Shown here piece by piece: positions 13,818-27,110 of a stretch of DNA of 64,000 nucleotides (positions are counted from its first letter, which is position 1; each line of letters opens with the position of its first letter). The stretch spans positions 2,170,001 through 2,234,000 of the forward strand of contig NC_042999.1 of assembly GCF_006345805.1 (NCBI RefSeq), in the 5' to 3' direction. Made by a program: the position numbers and the translations under genes. The notes below the pieces were generated by a model. That model made no database searches. It was given only the letters and a program-made list of their open reading frames with translations, and was not told the DNA's origin. This DNA is from Octopus sinensis (lineage: Eukaryota).

Positions 13818-14700
13818 ATCATCATCATCATCATCGTCGTTTAACGTCCGTTCTCCATGCTAGCATGGGTTGGACGGTTCGACCGGGGTTCTGGGAAGCC
13901 AGAAGGCTGCCCCAGGCTCCAGTCTAATTTGGCAATGTTTCTACAGCTGGATGCCCTTCCTAACGCCAACCACTCCGTGAGTGTAGTGGGTGCTTTTTAC
14001 GTGCCACCTGCACAGGTGCCAGGCGGGGCTGGCAACGGCCACGGTCAGATTGGTGTATTTTATGTGCCACCGGCACGGAAGCCAGTCGAGGCGGTGCTGG
14101 CATCGGCCACGAGTCGGATAGTGCTTTTTACGTACCACCAGACCAGGGATCCTGGCTGGTTCAATTCGATTTCGATTTCGCTTGCCCCAACATGTCTTCA
14201 CAAGCAAGGGGGTTGGCAAGGGTGCTGTCGTACGGTCGCATTGGAGTATTTTACGTGCCACGGCCACGAGTCGGATAGTGCTTTTTACGTACCACCAGAC
14301 CAGGGATCCTGGCTTGGTTCAATTCGATTTCGATTTCGATTTCGCTTGCCCCAACATGTCTTCACAAGCAAAGGGGGTTGGCATGGGTGCCTGTCGTACG
14401 GTCGCATTGGAGTATTTTACGTGCCACGGCCCCGAGTCGGATAGTGCTTTTTACGTACCACCAGGCCAGGGATTCCTGGCTGGTTCAATTCGGTTTCGAT
14501 TTCGATTTCGATTTCGCTTGCCCCACATGTCTTCGCAAGCATGGGGGGTTGGGATGGGTGTCTGTCGTCGGATGAGGTTCTATATCGACTTCGCTTGCCT
14601 CAACCGGTCTTTGTGTCCAAGGGAGGAAAGGCATTCATAAGTGGGCTGGGCTCACTTGTCCTGCCTGGTCTTCTCACGTACAGAATATTTCCAAAGGTCT
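13818..14700 (-). mobile_element. GC-rich retroelement with an RTE-type (GAT)n tail and three internal tandem units of about 160-175 bp
   Basis: Ends ggacgttaaacgatgatgatg on the - strand. Units begin gccacgagtcggatagtg. Related fragments at 22790-23045, 27800-28210, 41440-41570 and 59520-59600. Confidence 0.7.
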
Positions 14701-15037
14701 CGGTCTCTGGTCATTTCCTACATATATACTTATATATTTACATATATATATACATATATTTACATATACATATATACATACATAAATATATGTATATATA
14801 TATATATACACACACATATATATATATATACATATATGTATATGTGCATACATGTATATATATATGTATATATACATGCATACATATATATACATATATA
14901 TATATATGTGTGTGTATATATATATGTATATATATATATATATATTACGGAAACCATGTGAAAGTGAACATTAGATGACAATAATGATGATTTACAATCA
15001 AATGCACATACAGTATATACACACAACACATACACAC

Positions 15038-15072
<35 letters not shown>

Positions 15073-15852
15073 CATACACTCATACATAACAACATGTACA
15101 CACAAAGACACACACACACACACACAGATATATACATACATACACACATAGACAGCAATGTTTAGATTGTAATGTAAGAACTGTAAAATATTTTACATAA
15201 TGCAAACATTATGTTGTATAAAACTTAATACTGAGAGAAACATGATTATTATATCCAAATTGACTGTCTCTCCTCTGGGCTGAGCTGTTGATGACCATAA
15301 TGAATGGCTTTGTGCAGAGGAGGCTATCAACTTTTGATATAATAAACACATACACTGTTATGCACACATACACACACAGGCACGTGTACACACATACACA
15401 GACTAATAGAGTCGCAAATGATGATATTTCAATGCAAAAATCAATATATGCAATGAAGAAACTTCAGAAAAATTTTTTTAAGATATTGCGCAATAGCCAT
15501 ATTCTTTATTTCTAAATCTATGAATATATGTGTGTGTGTATGTGCATATGTGTGTGTATATATATATATGTACATATATATATATATACACACACAACCA
15601 TCTATTATATGTATATACACTTATATATATAATGTCATGTATCGGTATATATATATAATATATTTACATATATATATATTCACTATTTATATATATATAT
15701 AATAAATATATATATATATATTATATACACATATGTATATCAATATATATATATATAATATTATACACACACACCTACATATATGTATATATATAGTACG
15801 TATGTATATATGTATGTATGTATGTATGTATATATATATGTATATATGTACG

Positions 15853-15896
<44 letters not shown>

Positions 15897-15919
15897 CATA
15901 TGTATATATTAGTCATTAA

Positions 15920-15954
<35 letters not shown>

Positions 15955-16341
15955 ATATATGTATATATACATGTATGTATATGTGCATATTTGTGTGTGT
16001 AAGCTTGTGTGTGACTTCTAAGTTATGAGTAATTAAATTTGGTCATAACACAGTTGAAACCTTTTATGCTGTGCCAAGAATGTAATGAGTTGTAAGCAAT
16101 AAATTTCCAGTGCAGCATCTCGTAATAAAATGGTTAGTGTATATTGTGTGTGAAGACTACGATGGTTGTTGTAGTTAGATAAGTATGCTAAGACAGTTAG
16201 AGGCATTTTTAATACCATCCTCTGTCTCTTCTAACTGGGGTAACAACCATAGATCTCCTCTACGCTAAGACACCTGTTCCTGTTCTTCTATCATACATTA
16301 ATCTCTCATCATCTGGCATTAGGCCATCTCTCTCTCAATTC

Positions 16342-16610
16342 TACGAAGTCTGATCAAAAAGTATCTGGACTGATGCTAGAAAAAGAAAACTGCAACACAC
16401 ATCAATTTGGTATTTAGTCTGTTTTGAAGCAGCCTCCTCCTCCAGAAGCCTCACACTTTATTTAGTTCTATTTCCATTGATGGAAGCATTCTTGGAACTC
16501 CTTTGCTGGGATAGCGAGCAGCTGCCTCATCACATTTTTCTTGGATTTCTTGAAGTCTTGAAATCTTGTTCCTTTCAAGTAGGGATTTCATTTTCGGAAA
16601 GATTCTTGCT
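16342..16610 (-). mobile_element. Mariner transposase 3' remnant with TIR
   Basis: TA-CGAAGTCTGATCAAAAAGTATC terminus; the - strand reads LKGTRFQDFKK...IPAKEFQECFHQWK. Confidence 0.7.
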
Positions 16611-17402
16611 TGTAGTAACCTTCAAGCCTTATCTCTCTCCACATCCACACTCACATCTCTCATATATTTTCTCTGCCATAGTCATGGATGAAACCTCCAC
16701 GGTGTGGTGAGATGACCACACCCTACATGCTTTACCTATTTCTTTACTACCCACAAGGGGCTAAACACAGAGAGGACAAACAAGGACAGACAAACGGATT
16801 AAGTCAATTACATCGACCCCAGTGCATCACTGGTACTTAATTTATCGACCCTGAAAGGATGAAAGGCAAAGTCGACCTTGACAGAACTTGAACTTAGAAC
16901 GTAGCGGCAGACGAAATACTAAGCATTTCGCCCAACACACTAATGGTTCTGCCAGCTCGCTGCCTCCAAGCAGAACTTATATCTCGTTGTGCATGAGAGA
17001 GAGAGTTCAAGGTCAATCTGTGTCAAGCAGCTTTACTTGGTGTACTTTAACTGTGTACATAGCAACAGTCCTTATACTTTTTGATCACATCTTGTACCCC
17101 TATTTCATTTAACAGGTCTGGTCTTCCAGGTTATTTGGCAACCTCACTATAGACAGAGCTGCGTAAAAAGCACCCAGTACATTCGGTAAATTGGTTGGCA
17201 TTAGGAAGGGCATTCAGTCATAGAAACCATGTGAGAGCAGATGTTGGAGTTTGATGCAGTTCTCTGGTTTGCCAACCCCTGTGAACAGACTTTAAATAAT
17301 GATGAAAGAGTATCTACAGGAGCAGTAAAATTATATGTTTGTATGTGGTTTTCACTCCCAGTTGAAGTAAACTCACTTCTATTGCATCATAAATATATTT
17401 TA

Positions 17403-18001
17403 CCAGCTGGCCCTGTGCCGTCAAAAATGACGGCTAATTGTAGTATTTAATATATAAATATGGATGGTAAATCAAGTTAATACACTTATCAGTGGTGGTA
17501 AAAAATATGCACACCACCCATTTTTGGCATAACCCTAAATCTAACCCTAACCCTAAACCCTAACTCTAATCCTTACCCTAAACACTGGATGTGTGTATTC
17601 TTTACCTTCACCCACTTGTCAATGTTATCTAGTGGTTGTCTTTTGAGACGTGACATCGATCATCATTTGTTACTGAAAGAATGCTGGTTCAAACATACAA
17701 ACATTCACATACTTCCCTTGTACATGCACACACATATACACATATACTCACACAAGTTGAAACGCTGTTTGATTTTTCTTTTCGGTGTTCACCATCCTAC
17801 TTCCTTTCTACATACACACATTCACACACACAAACATTCACATAACTCCCTTTTGCATACACACACATATACTCACACAGAGTTGAAACGCTCCCACTAC
17901 CAGTTTGACACCACCCCTTCCTTCCTTATTTATCTATCACCCCTTCCTTTCTCATTCCTGTGTTGTGACAGAGAAAAACACAAGTGTATTATTATAGTAG
18001 A
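17403..18001 (-). mobile_element. Non-autonomous Helitron (second family) with internal telomere-like repeats
   Basis: A|TCTACTATAAT start, hairpin GCCGTCA-TTTT-TGACGGC, CTGG|T end; degenerate (CCCTAA)n at 17530-17583. Confidence 0.7.
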
Positions 18002-18229
18002 TTTTTTTTTTTACTGTACTGATCGAAATGCGAAATGCTATGCAAATATTCTTCCAGCTCTTTATGTTCTGAGTTCAAATTCTGCTGAGGTCAATTTTGC
18101 CTTTCATCCTTTCAGTTCCACCATTGTTTTTATTTTTCATTTTTTTTTCTTTATGTTGGTTCAAACCCAAGACATATTCTGTTTCCCCTTCTTGACCAAT
18201 GATCATGTAACTTGACCTGTGTGTCTCAG

Positions 18230-18281
18230 ACCAAATGCAAAAACCAAACAGGAAATGCTGCTTCCTGTCCATGATTGGAAG
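18230..18281 (+). CDS. Coding exon (PNAKTKQEMLLPVHDWK)
   Basis: Acceptor ctgtgtgtctcag, donor AAG|gtaatt, phase 2 to 0, followed by a 65-nt intron. Confidence 0.78.
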
Positions 18282-18346
18282 GTAATTATGAGCGTTGATT
18301 TAGAGATGCTAGTTGTCTTCAGGCCTGAGTTGGGGTTTTCATTTAG

Positions 18347-18439
18347 TTGCAAAGACTATGGGCTGAGAAATTAGAGCTGAGAGAAATCAATAACTCAACA
18401 ACCCAAACAGCAACATCAGCAGCAGCAGCAGCAGAAATG
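18347..18439 (+). CDS. Coding exon (LQRLWAEKLELREINNSTTQTATSAAAAAEM)
   Basis: Acceptor gttttcatttag, donor ATG|gtacgt, 93 nt, phase 0 to 0. Confidence 0.78.
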
Positions 18440-18544
18440 GTACGTTCTTTAACCCTTTAGCATTCAGATTACTCTGCCAATGGTAAGGCTTATATCTACA
18501 TTCTTTTCAGTTAATAATATATACATACATATATAAGTACATAC

Positions 18545-18582
<38 letters not shown>

Positions 18583-20359
18583 ATATGATATATATATATA
18601 TATAGAGGAGAGAGAGAGAGAGAGAGAGAGATATTATTATATGACTGAATGCCATGCATCCTCTTCCAAGAAAGTTTTATCTTAATAATTCTGATGTGCA
18701 CTCAATACAATCATTTTACTCTTTCATTTTGCTTTCTCTTATTCTTTTACCTCCTCTTCTCCCACTATTCTATCCTATTACACTGTCACTCTCTCTCTCT
18801 CACTCCACCTCTCTTGCCCACGTGACCATTGGCCATCTTTCTTTCTTTCTCTCTGTTGTAGCTGGAACAAGGAACACATGTTCTTGTTTGTCTCCTGTCC
18901 TAGCTTGATTTACGCGTTCACCACTACAACCTCATTTAAGCTTAGCAGCCCTTCCTGTTTGTTTTCACTGTCCTGTTTGGGTTACCTATTTTGACCCCCT
19001 ACAAAATCCCATATTTAATTTAATTTACTTTACAGGAGCAACTGTTTTATCGAAAGCATATATTGTTGTTAAATGCTCGAAACACAAGAGTAGAAAAACA
19101 GCCAACAACTGATGAAGGGTCGTTCATTATGTTGTTTGTTTTGTTTTCCATTTGTGTCTTTCGTTGTTTGAAAGAATGGTTCATGTTCCATGCATTTGTG
19201 CGTCGTACTTTTTTGTTGTACATGTTTCATGACGTCCTGTGCCTACATATGCATATATATATATACATATAGATGTAAGTATGCACATATATATATATGT
19301 ACATATGCATATATATATATGTATATATATATATATAGATAGATAGATATATAGATAGATAAATAGATAGATAGATAGATAGATAGATGGATAGATAGAT
19401 AGATAGATAGATAGATAGAAAGAAAGATAGATAGATTGATAGAGAGACAGATTGATAGACAGACAGAAAGATAGACAGATAGATAAATAGACAGACAGGC
19501 AAACAGACAAATAGATAGATAAAGAGAGAGAGAGAGGGTGATAAAAATATATGTGTATATATGTATGCATGTATAGATAGATAGATAGACAGATAGATAT
19601 ATAGCTAGATAGATAGATAAATAGATAGATACATACGTACATACATACATACATACATACATACATACATACATGCATATAGACATGCATACATAAATAC
19701 ACAGACAGACAGCCAGCAGACAGACAAAGATAATCTAAGAGTGAGAAGAGGAAACGAAAGTGCTTGGAAAACAGAATAAGCTAATGAAGAAGACAAATCG
19801 GCTAAATTGATGAATGGAAGAAGATTTTGGTGAAAAGATGGAGACAAGTTGTTAGAAGTGGGTAGGAAGATGTCTGGAACTGTCCCTATGCTACCAAAGA
19901 TCACACTCTCCACTCCCCACCCACTACATTCTATTTTAATTAATATTAATTAATTTTAATTAATTTTAATTCTAGGTTTGTCCATACTGCCTTTCTCCTG
20001 CAAAATTAGAAATTTCTATAATGACTTTTCATGTCATTAAGGGTATAATTTTGATTAATTAAAATTTTTGGGTTTACAACATGAAGTATGGCAGTGCCTA
20101 CTTGACTATTAACTTTTTATTCAGCAGGCGTCCCTAAGTATTTCTCCTGAGTTATTCTAGTAGGTTCTCATAGTGTTTATACATGAAAAACTGTTTTATT
20201 CTCTTGGCAATCTAAGATCTTGCAGGAACAATTAGAGAAGGAATCACCAAACCTGGAATCTATGTTACAACGCCAGAAGGAATGCAAAAATTAAGGATGG
20301 GGTTTCGCTTTTACTAGTTCCAGTTATAAGACTGCATCCCATTCTACCTTACTTTTTTA

Positions 20360-20705
20360 CTCGTTTCAGTCATTTGACTGTGGCCATGCTGGAGCACTGC
20401 CTTTAATCGAGTAAATCAACCCCAGGACTTATTCTATCGGTCTCTTTTGCTGAACTGCTAAGTTAAGGGGACGTAAACACACCAGCATCGGTTGTCAAGT
20501 GATGCTGGAGGGGCACAAACACAGACACATACATATATATTTATACATATATACAACGGGCCTCTTTCAGTTTCCGTCTACCAAATCCACTCAGAAGACT
20601 TTGGTCGGCCTGAGGCCTTAGTTGAAGACACTTGCCCAAAGTGCCATGCAATGGGACTGAACCTGGAACCATGTGGTTGCTAAGCAAGCTACTTACCACA
20701 CAGCC
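20360..20705 (-). mobile_element. SINE family A, near full length
   Basis: Reverse complement of the family A head, core and tail. Other - copies at about 11285-11655, 12485-12640, 13490-13650 and 20810-21050. Confidence 0.85.
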
Positions 20706-21324
20706 AGTCTTATGCTAATCAAATGTACTAATTTACTAATTAGCATGAATGTACTAATTTACTAATTACTACTAATGTACTAATTTATTTTAAGCTTCAT
20801 TATATAAGTCTCTTTCGCAGAACTGCTAAGTTATGGGGATGTAAACACACTAACACCACTTATCAAGCAGTAGTGAAATACAAACACACACACACACACA
20901 CACATATATATATGAAGTGCTTCTTTCAGTTTCCATTTGTAAAATTCACTTAGAATGCTTTGGTCGGCCTTAGGCTATAGTGGAAGACACTTGCCCAAGG
21001 TGCTGCACATCAGAACTGAACCTGAAACCATGTGGTTCAGAAGCAAACGTCTAGGCGTGAGGGGTGGGGGTGGGCGTCAAGGGTTTTGATTGGGTTTCTT
21101 CAGAAAATTTGATGGAGAAGTTTGATCAAACTGTTAACATTAAGTAAAGAATTTCTGTTTCCATAAAAAATTTTGTCTTGTGAACTACATCAAGCCATTT
21201 CTACTCTCTGGATCGTTGTTCTTGCTGTTGAAATCGTTATTGTCATCATCAGCATCAGCATCAGCAGCATCAACACCATCACAACCACCAACATCATCAT
21301 CAAAGCATGCAAGTATAACTTCAG

Positions 21325-21355
<31 letters not shown>

Positions 21356-21692
21356 TTTTGGATGATATCACACTTAAAATTTTGAACATAAGTTTATCAT
21401 AACACACTGCCATCATATATACATTTATATACTTATGTTTCCTTCTATTTTTTTAGTGATTTGAAATCTTCCTGTAAGGAAGAAGCTTGTTCTACCAAAG
21501 ATACAATGCTTCATCTTTTGAATGGAGATAACAAAACAAATTCACATTAAAAATTACAACCATTACATATTTTTACTGCTCCACTTACAGATTGTATTTG
21601 GAATGTGCATGTTGGCTGGTTGATTTCTTTTTCTGAAAACTTTAGCATACACACATACATGCATACATACATACATACATACATACATACAT

Positions 21693-21725
<33 letters not shown>

Positions 21726-21881
21726 TACACACATATATATATACATATACGAGAGGTATTGGTATCTAGAAGACCCAAAGAGTGGCAGGTACACTAAGTA
21801 AGTGCTAGGGACAGATAGTAGTTAAACTCTTGGTTCGATAATGATACGAGTGAGGAGTCTAAGGTGGGTCTTGATTTAGCA

Positions 21882-21922
<41 letters not shown>

Positions 21923-21931
<9 letters not shown>

Positions 21932-22346
21932 TAAATTAGAGACAAAACCACTATTAGGCAAATCATACAATGAAAAACTTAAGCCAATACATAAGATTAT
22001 TTAATTTATATTATTTAAATATATAACAAAATTATTAAAAAAATATAATTATATATCACTACGATCGTTCATGGCTGTTAATTTCTTTAAATTTTCGAGT
22101 TACAGCATTCATCAGGTGTTTAAACCTCACCAAGATAAATATTTAAACCACCTGATGAATGACTGTAACTCGAAAATTTAAAGAAATTAACAGCCATGAA
22201 ACGATCATAGTGATATATTGATTATATTTTTTAATAATTTTGTTATATATTTAAATAATATAAATTAAATAATCTTATGTATTGGCTTAAGTTTTTCATT
22301 GTATGATTTGCCTAATAGTGGTTTTGTCTCTAATTTAATATAATAT
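21923..22346. repeat. Near-perfect palindrome with about 200-bp arms and a short spacer
   Basis: attatattaaattagagacaaaacc... mirrored by ...ggttttgtctctaatttaatataat. Confidence 0.95.
22149..22212 (+). ncRNA. Hammerhead motif in the right arm of a palindrome (mirror copy at 22057-22118, -)
   Basis: CAC-CUGAUGA-AUGACUGU...ACAGCCAU-GAAAC-GAUC-AUA^GUG. The left copy has GAAC-GAUC-GUA. Confidence 0.6.
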
Positions 22347-22427
22347 AATATTTTACTATAAAATTGGATTCAATCCTAAATCTGATTTTTCCCTGTAAGT
22401 TTGGATTTATTCCCTAATATTTATTAT

Positions 22428-22489
<62 letters not shown>

Positions 22490-23498
22490 TATATATACAT
22501 ATACATATATGTATATAGTTATGGTATATTCTGTTAAGAATGTAGTAGAGCATAATATAAAGCTGGTCCACCTTCAGATTTCCCCTCTGCTATCCAGTAG
22601 GAGCATTACACGTACTTCCAGGTTTGCATTTGGGCATCTGACATGTGTGAATGGAGAACTGAAATGATTGGAGTCAACAAGAAGGGGTATGGTTGGACAT
22701 TTTCTTTTTCCAATTATATGCTAGTGCAGCATAAACAGCCCATTTAAGTGTACCCTCCAATCAGTGGGGAATAAACTGCACTTGCGAAAACCTTTTGAGC
22801 CAAGTGAAATAGTTGTCGTGGCTGATGACTGTACCGCCTGACTGGCCCTCATGTTGGTGGCATGTAAAAAGCACTCACCTCACTCTCAGAGTGGTTGGTG
22901 TTAGGAAGGGCATCCAGTTGTAGAACTTTGCCAGATCGAATTGGAGCTTGGTACAGCCTTCTGGCTTTTGAGCCAGCACTCAGTCAAGCCATCCAACCCA
23001 TGCCAGCATGGAAAGTGGACATTAAACAATGACTGTGATGATGATGATATTTAGCAAAAATAAGTGTACAACTTATTATTATTAATATGGATGTGAATTT
23101 ATACCAATGATGGTATACGCTTTTTCCATGTATGCATATATGAATTGTATGTGTATGAATGCATGCAGGTATGTATGTGTGTATGTCCATATGCATGGTG
23201 TAATGTATAGATGTATGTGGGTGTATGCCCATATGTATTTACGTATGGTGCATGTAAGTATGTATATACATACATAAATATGTATCATTATATGTATGTA
23301 TATATGTATATATATGTATGTATATATACTATGTAGTAAGGCTTTAACTAATAGAATAGCACTTGATCAGCTAAGAGAGTAAAGATACTGTTAAAACAAA
23401 AACCAGAAATCTTGTTACTTACAGCTACTCAGGGTTTCATAGCCACTAGATAACTGCAATTAACAAGATTTGTGGTTTTTATAACAACATTTTATATA

Positions 23499-23885
23499 GG
23501 CGCAGAAGTGGCTGTGTGGTAAGAAGCTTGCTTACGAACCACACGGTTCCAGGTTCAGTCCTGCTGCGAGCATCTTGGGCAAGTGTCTTCTACTATAGCC
23601 TCAGGCTGACCAAAGCCTTGTGACTGGATTTAATAGATAGAAACTGAAAGAAGCCTATCACATATATGTGTGTGTGTATGTATGTATATGTTTGTGAGTC
23701 TCTGTTCATCCCCTTCCTCACCATTGCTTGACAACCAGTATTGGTGTATTTGTGTCCCCGTAATTTAGTGGTTCAGCATAAGAGACCGATAGAATAAGTA
23801 CTAGGCTTACAAAGAATAAGTCCTGGGGTCAATTTGCTCAACTAATGGCGATGCTCCAGCATGGTCACAGTCAAATGACTGATGG
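23499..23885 (+). mobile_element. SINE family A, full length
   Basis: Head ggcgcagaagtggctgtgtgg through tail cagtcaaatgactga. Other + copies at about 2699-2865, 3925-4350, 6020-6180 and 56160-56327. Confidence 0.85.
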
Positions 23886-24534
23886 AAATTTTTACAAAAA
23901 TGTGTGCATGTGTGTGTTTGTGTGTGTTTGTGCATATATGCATGCATGTGTGTGCATGTGTGTGTGTGCGTATGTGTGTGTGTGTGTGTGTGTTTGTGTG
24001 TGTATGTTAGTGTGTGTGTGTATACTTTGTTTTTGCGTCTGGTTTGCAAGATTCTTTATGTGAATTCCTGTGTTGAAACAAACTTTTGCTTTCAATATTC
24101 TGCGATCACATCCTTCCCTCCGCTCCATTTTCGAATCCTCTAATTTTGAATATGCTCCCTTACTGATATCCCTTTCACGGAATTTCCATGACCCTTTGCC
24201 TCATAGCCCGTCCATATTCTACCCTCTTCATAGTATCCCATCACTCGCTTGTATATAACAGACCAGGAAGGTTAGTATAGACTGTAACGCACACCATTTC
24301 TTCCATTAAATTTGGTCAAGGTCTTCCATTGCCACAGACAATGACATATAATGATATTCCAATTACTTATAATTTCTGCAGACTATTTAGAGCACAACAG
24401 TTCCAAAACCTGTTGATTTGTGGCAGTCGTTCTATGATTAATGAAAACTTGGCATATAACATCATTTCCTGTGTATCTTCTTTAATATTTGGCAGCAACT
24501 TATCGACTATTCTCATCTTTCTGTTGAATCTCCA

Positions 24535-24947
24535 TCTACTTCTTCTCCTTCTTCTTCATCATTTTCTTCTTCTCCTTTTCCTTCTTCTCCTCTTCCTTCT
24601 TCATTTTCTTCTTCTCCTTCTTCTTCTTCTTCTTCTTTCTCTTCTTCTTCTCCTTCTTCTTCTTCTTCTTCTTCTTCATCTTCTTCTTCTTCTTTTCCTC
24701 CTCCTCCTTCTTCTTCTTCTTCTTCTTCTTCTTCTTCATTTTCGTCTTCTTTTTCTACCACTCCTTCTTCTTCCTCTTCTCCTTCTTCTTCTTCTTCTTC
24801 TTCTTCTTCTTCTCCTTCTTCTTCTTCTTCTTCATTTTCTTTTTCTTCTTCATCTTCTTCTTCTTCTTCTTCTCCTTCTCCTTCTTCTTTTTCTTCTCTT
24901 CTCTTCTTCTTCTGCTTCTTCTTCTTCTTCTTCTTCTTCTTCTTCTT

Positions 24948-24978
<31 letters not shown>

Positions 24979-25071
24979 TTATTATTATTATTATTATTAT
25001 CACTACTACTACTACAACTACTATTACTATGATTCTTAGTATTGCTACTATTACTTTTATTGTTGTTGTTG

Positions 25072-25108
<37 letters not shown>

Positions 25109-25110
25109 GA
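24535..25110. repeat. Compound (CTT)n/(ATT)n microsatellite
   Basis: Direct reading. (TA)n, (CA)n, (CATA)n and (TAGA)n tracts occur throughout the window. Confidence 0.95.
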
Positions 25111-25527
25111 AATATCTCTCCATGTTCTTCTTCTTCTTCTCAGCATCATCATTGTCATCAACATCACCATAATTATCACCATCATCACCGTCATCATCAT
25201 TGCCGTCATCATTATCATCATCGTAGTCGTCGTGGTCATCCGTTTCCCCTTTCCTCCCCCCTTTTCGTCATCAGTGCTGCTGATGGGCATCATATGGGCA
25301 TCATAAAGACTATTTGATCAAAGACCAATAAAAAAAGGAAATAAAAGAAATAAAAAAAAAACAACACAACAAATAAAATATACAACTAAATAAAATCCAA
25401 TAAAAGAGATTGTATTTTTGAAAATTTTAGAATTAATTCAAAAGTAGAAAATATAGAATGGCAAGAGATATGTCTTTATGTACATCCATACATCCTTACA
25501 GATATAGATATACACACATATACAAAC

Positions 25528-25570
<43 letters not shown>

Positions 25571-25643
25571 AAACGTACTTGCACATATAAGTATGTATGT
25601 CAATGACTATATGTATGTATGTATGAATGCATATATGTATTTG

Positions 25644-25686
<43 letters not shown>

Positions 25687-25986
25687 ATATATTTATATAT
25701 ACCACATATATGAATTTATATATAAATTTACATATCAATATATATAAATATAAAGTGTATATATACATGTTTGTATATATGTATATTTATATGTGTGTGT
25801 ATATACATATACATGTATATGTGCATGTGTGTTTTGGTATGTATATATACATATATATAAACCTATACATACACACACACACATATAAGTATCTGAAATT
25901 AATGCATTGTTATAAAATTAATAAAATCTATATTATACATACATATATTCATACGTACATACATACATACATACATACATGCATAC

Positions 25987-26021
<35 letters not shown>

Positions 26022-26092
26022 TATAGGTATCTGGAATTAATGCATTGTAGTAAAATTAAGTAAATCTATATTGTACATGTACATACACACAT

Positions 26093-26161
<69 letters not shown>

Positions 26162-26884
26162 TAAAAATATATATATGCATGAATGTCTGTATATATAGAC
26201 ATCATTGTATGCATGTGTGTGTCTGTGTGTATGTTTGTTCCATGTATGGTTATGACTACATATTCCTGTTCATTTCTCTCTACATCGCTTGGCATCTCTC
26301 TCTCTCTCTCTCCACCTCCCTCTCCCCCTCCCTCTCTCTCTCTCTCCACCTCCCTCTCCCCCTCCCTCTCTCTCCCTCTCTCAAAATTCTCTGCGATGCC
26401 TGGACGCTATGGATCATCATGTTTTTATTGCTTCCATCATAAAACAAACTTTCACAAATATAATCAAATGAACTGAAACTCAACAAAACCGTTTTGTCTA
26501 AGCACTATTTGACCATAAACTAACATTTCTAAAGATCAATTCTCATTTCATTTTATGCCGTTGTAGAAATTCACTTTATTATTTTGCTCAAAGAATTTCA
26601 ACCATTGCAATGTAAGAATATGTTTAATATAATTTTATTTTATCTTGTTTATTCGCAATTTATATCGTACATTTTTTTGTTGTTTTTTTTATTAAATTTT
26701 ACTTTTATATTTGTGTTGCTTGTTTTGTTGTAGTTCGGAAGTTTACAAAACATGGGTTTACAAAACATACGCTATCTCGTTTTTTTGACAAATTCTATTT
26801 TATTGTCTTACATTGTTTACTGGTATTTGTTAAAATGGGTGGGTGGTTGGATGGATGGACAAACAGACTGACGGACAAGCAGAT

Positions 26885-27110
26885 GGACTGTAAAAAACCT
26901 GGCTGATGACAGTCAAGGCTGATCTGGAACCCAACCTAGGCCCCCATGTTTATGGCATTCGCTGCTGGAACAGGGAGTGGTTGGAGATCACGCAGTCGTT
27001 AGCCTCAAATCGCCAGGCCTGTCTGGCATTTGTGAGAGATGCAACATTGAGGATGAATGAAGTCAGCTCAACCCATCCCGGGTGAATGCTATCTCAAGAC
27101 AAGAAAGAAG
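26885..27110 (+). mobile_element. RTE LINE 3' fragment
   Basis: TVKADLEPNLGPHVYGIRCWNREWLEITQSLASNRQA followed by a caagacaag tail. Confidence 0.65.

Noticed and set aside
13818-14700. Repeat array that could be mistaken for CRISPR or a coding repeat
   Set aside because: The units are contiguous with no unique spacers, the context is eukaryotic, and there are no cas genes.
16111-16132. 22-nt microexon candidate (ttccag and gttagt)
   Set aside because: Its phase 2 to 0 would break the frame between exons 2460 and 18230.
17530-17583. True telomere or telomere-fusion site
   Set aside because: It is short, degenerate and enclosed by Helitron termini.
22578-22667. Alternative terminal exon ISPLLSSRSITRTSRF...
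   Set aside because: The acceptor is modest and there is no independent support. The 37599 exon is a better candidate.
24329-25039. 236-aa hydrophobic ORF
   Set aside because: Most of it is the (CTT)n tract, and the unique 5' part has no recognisable motif or donor site.
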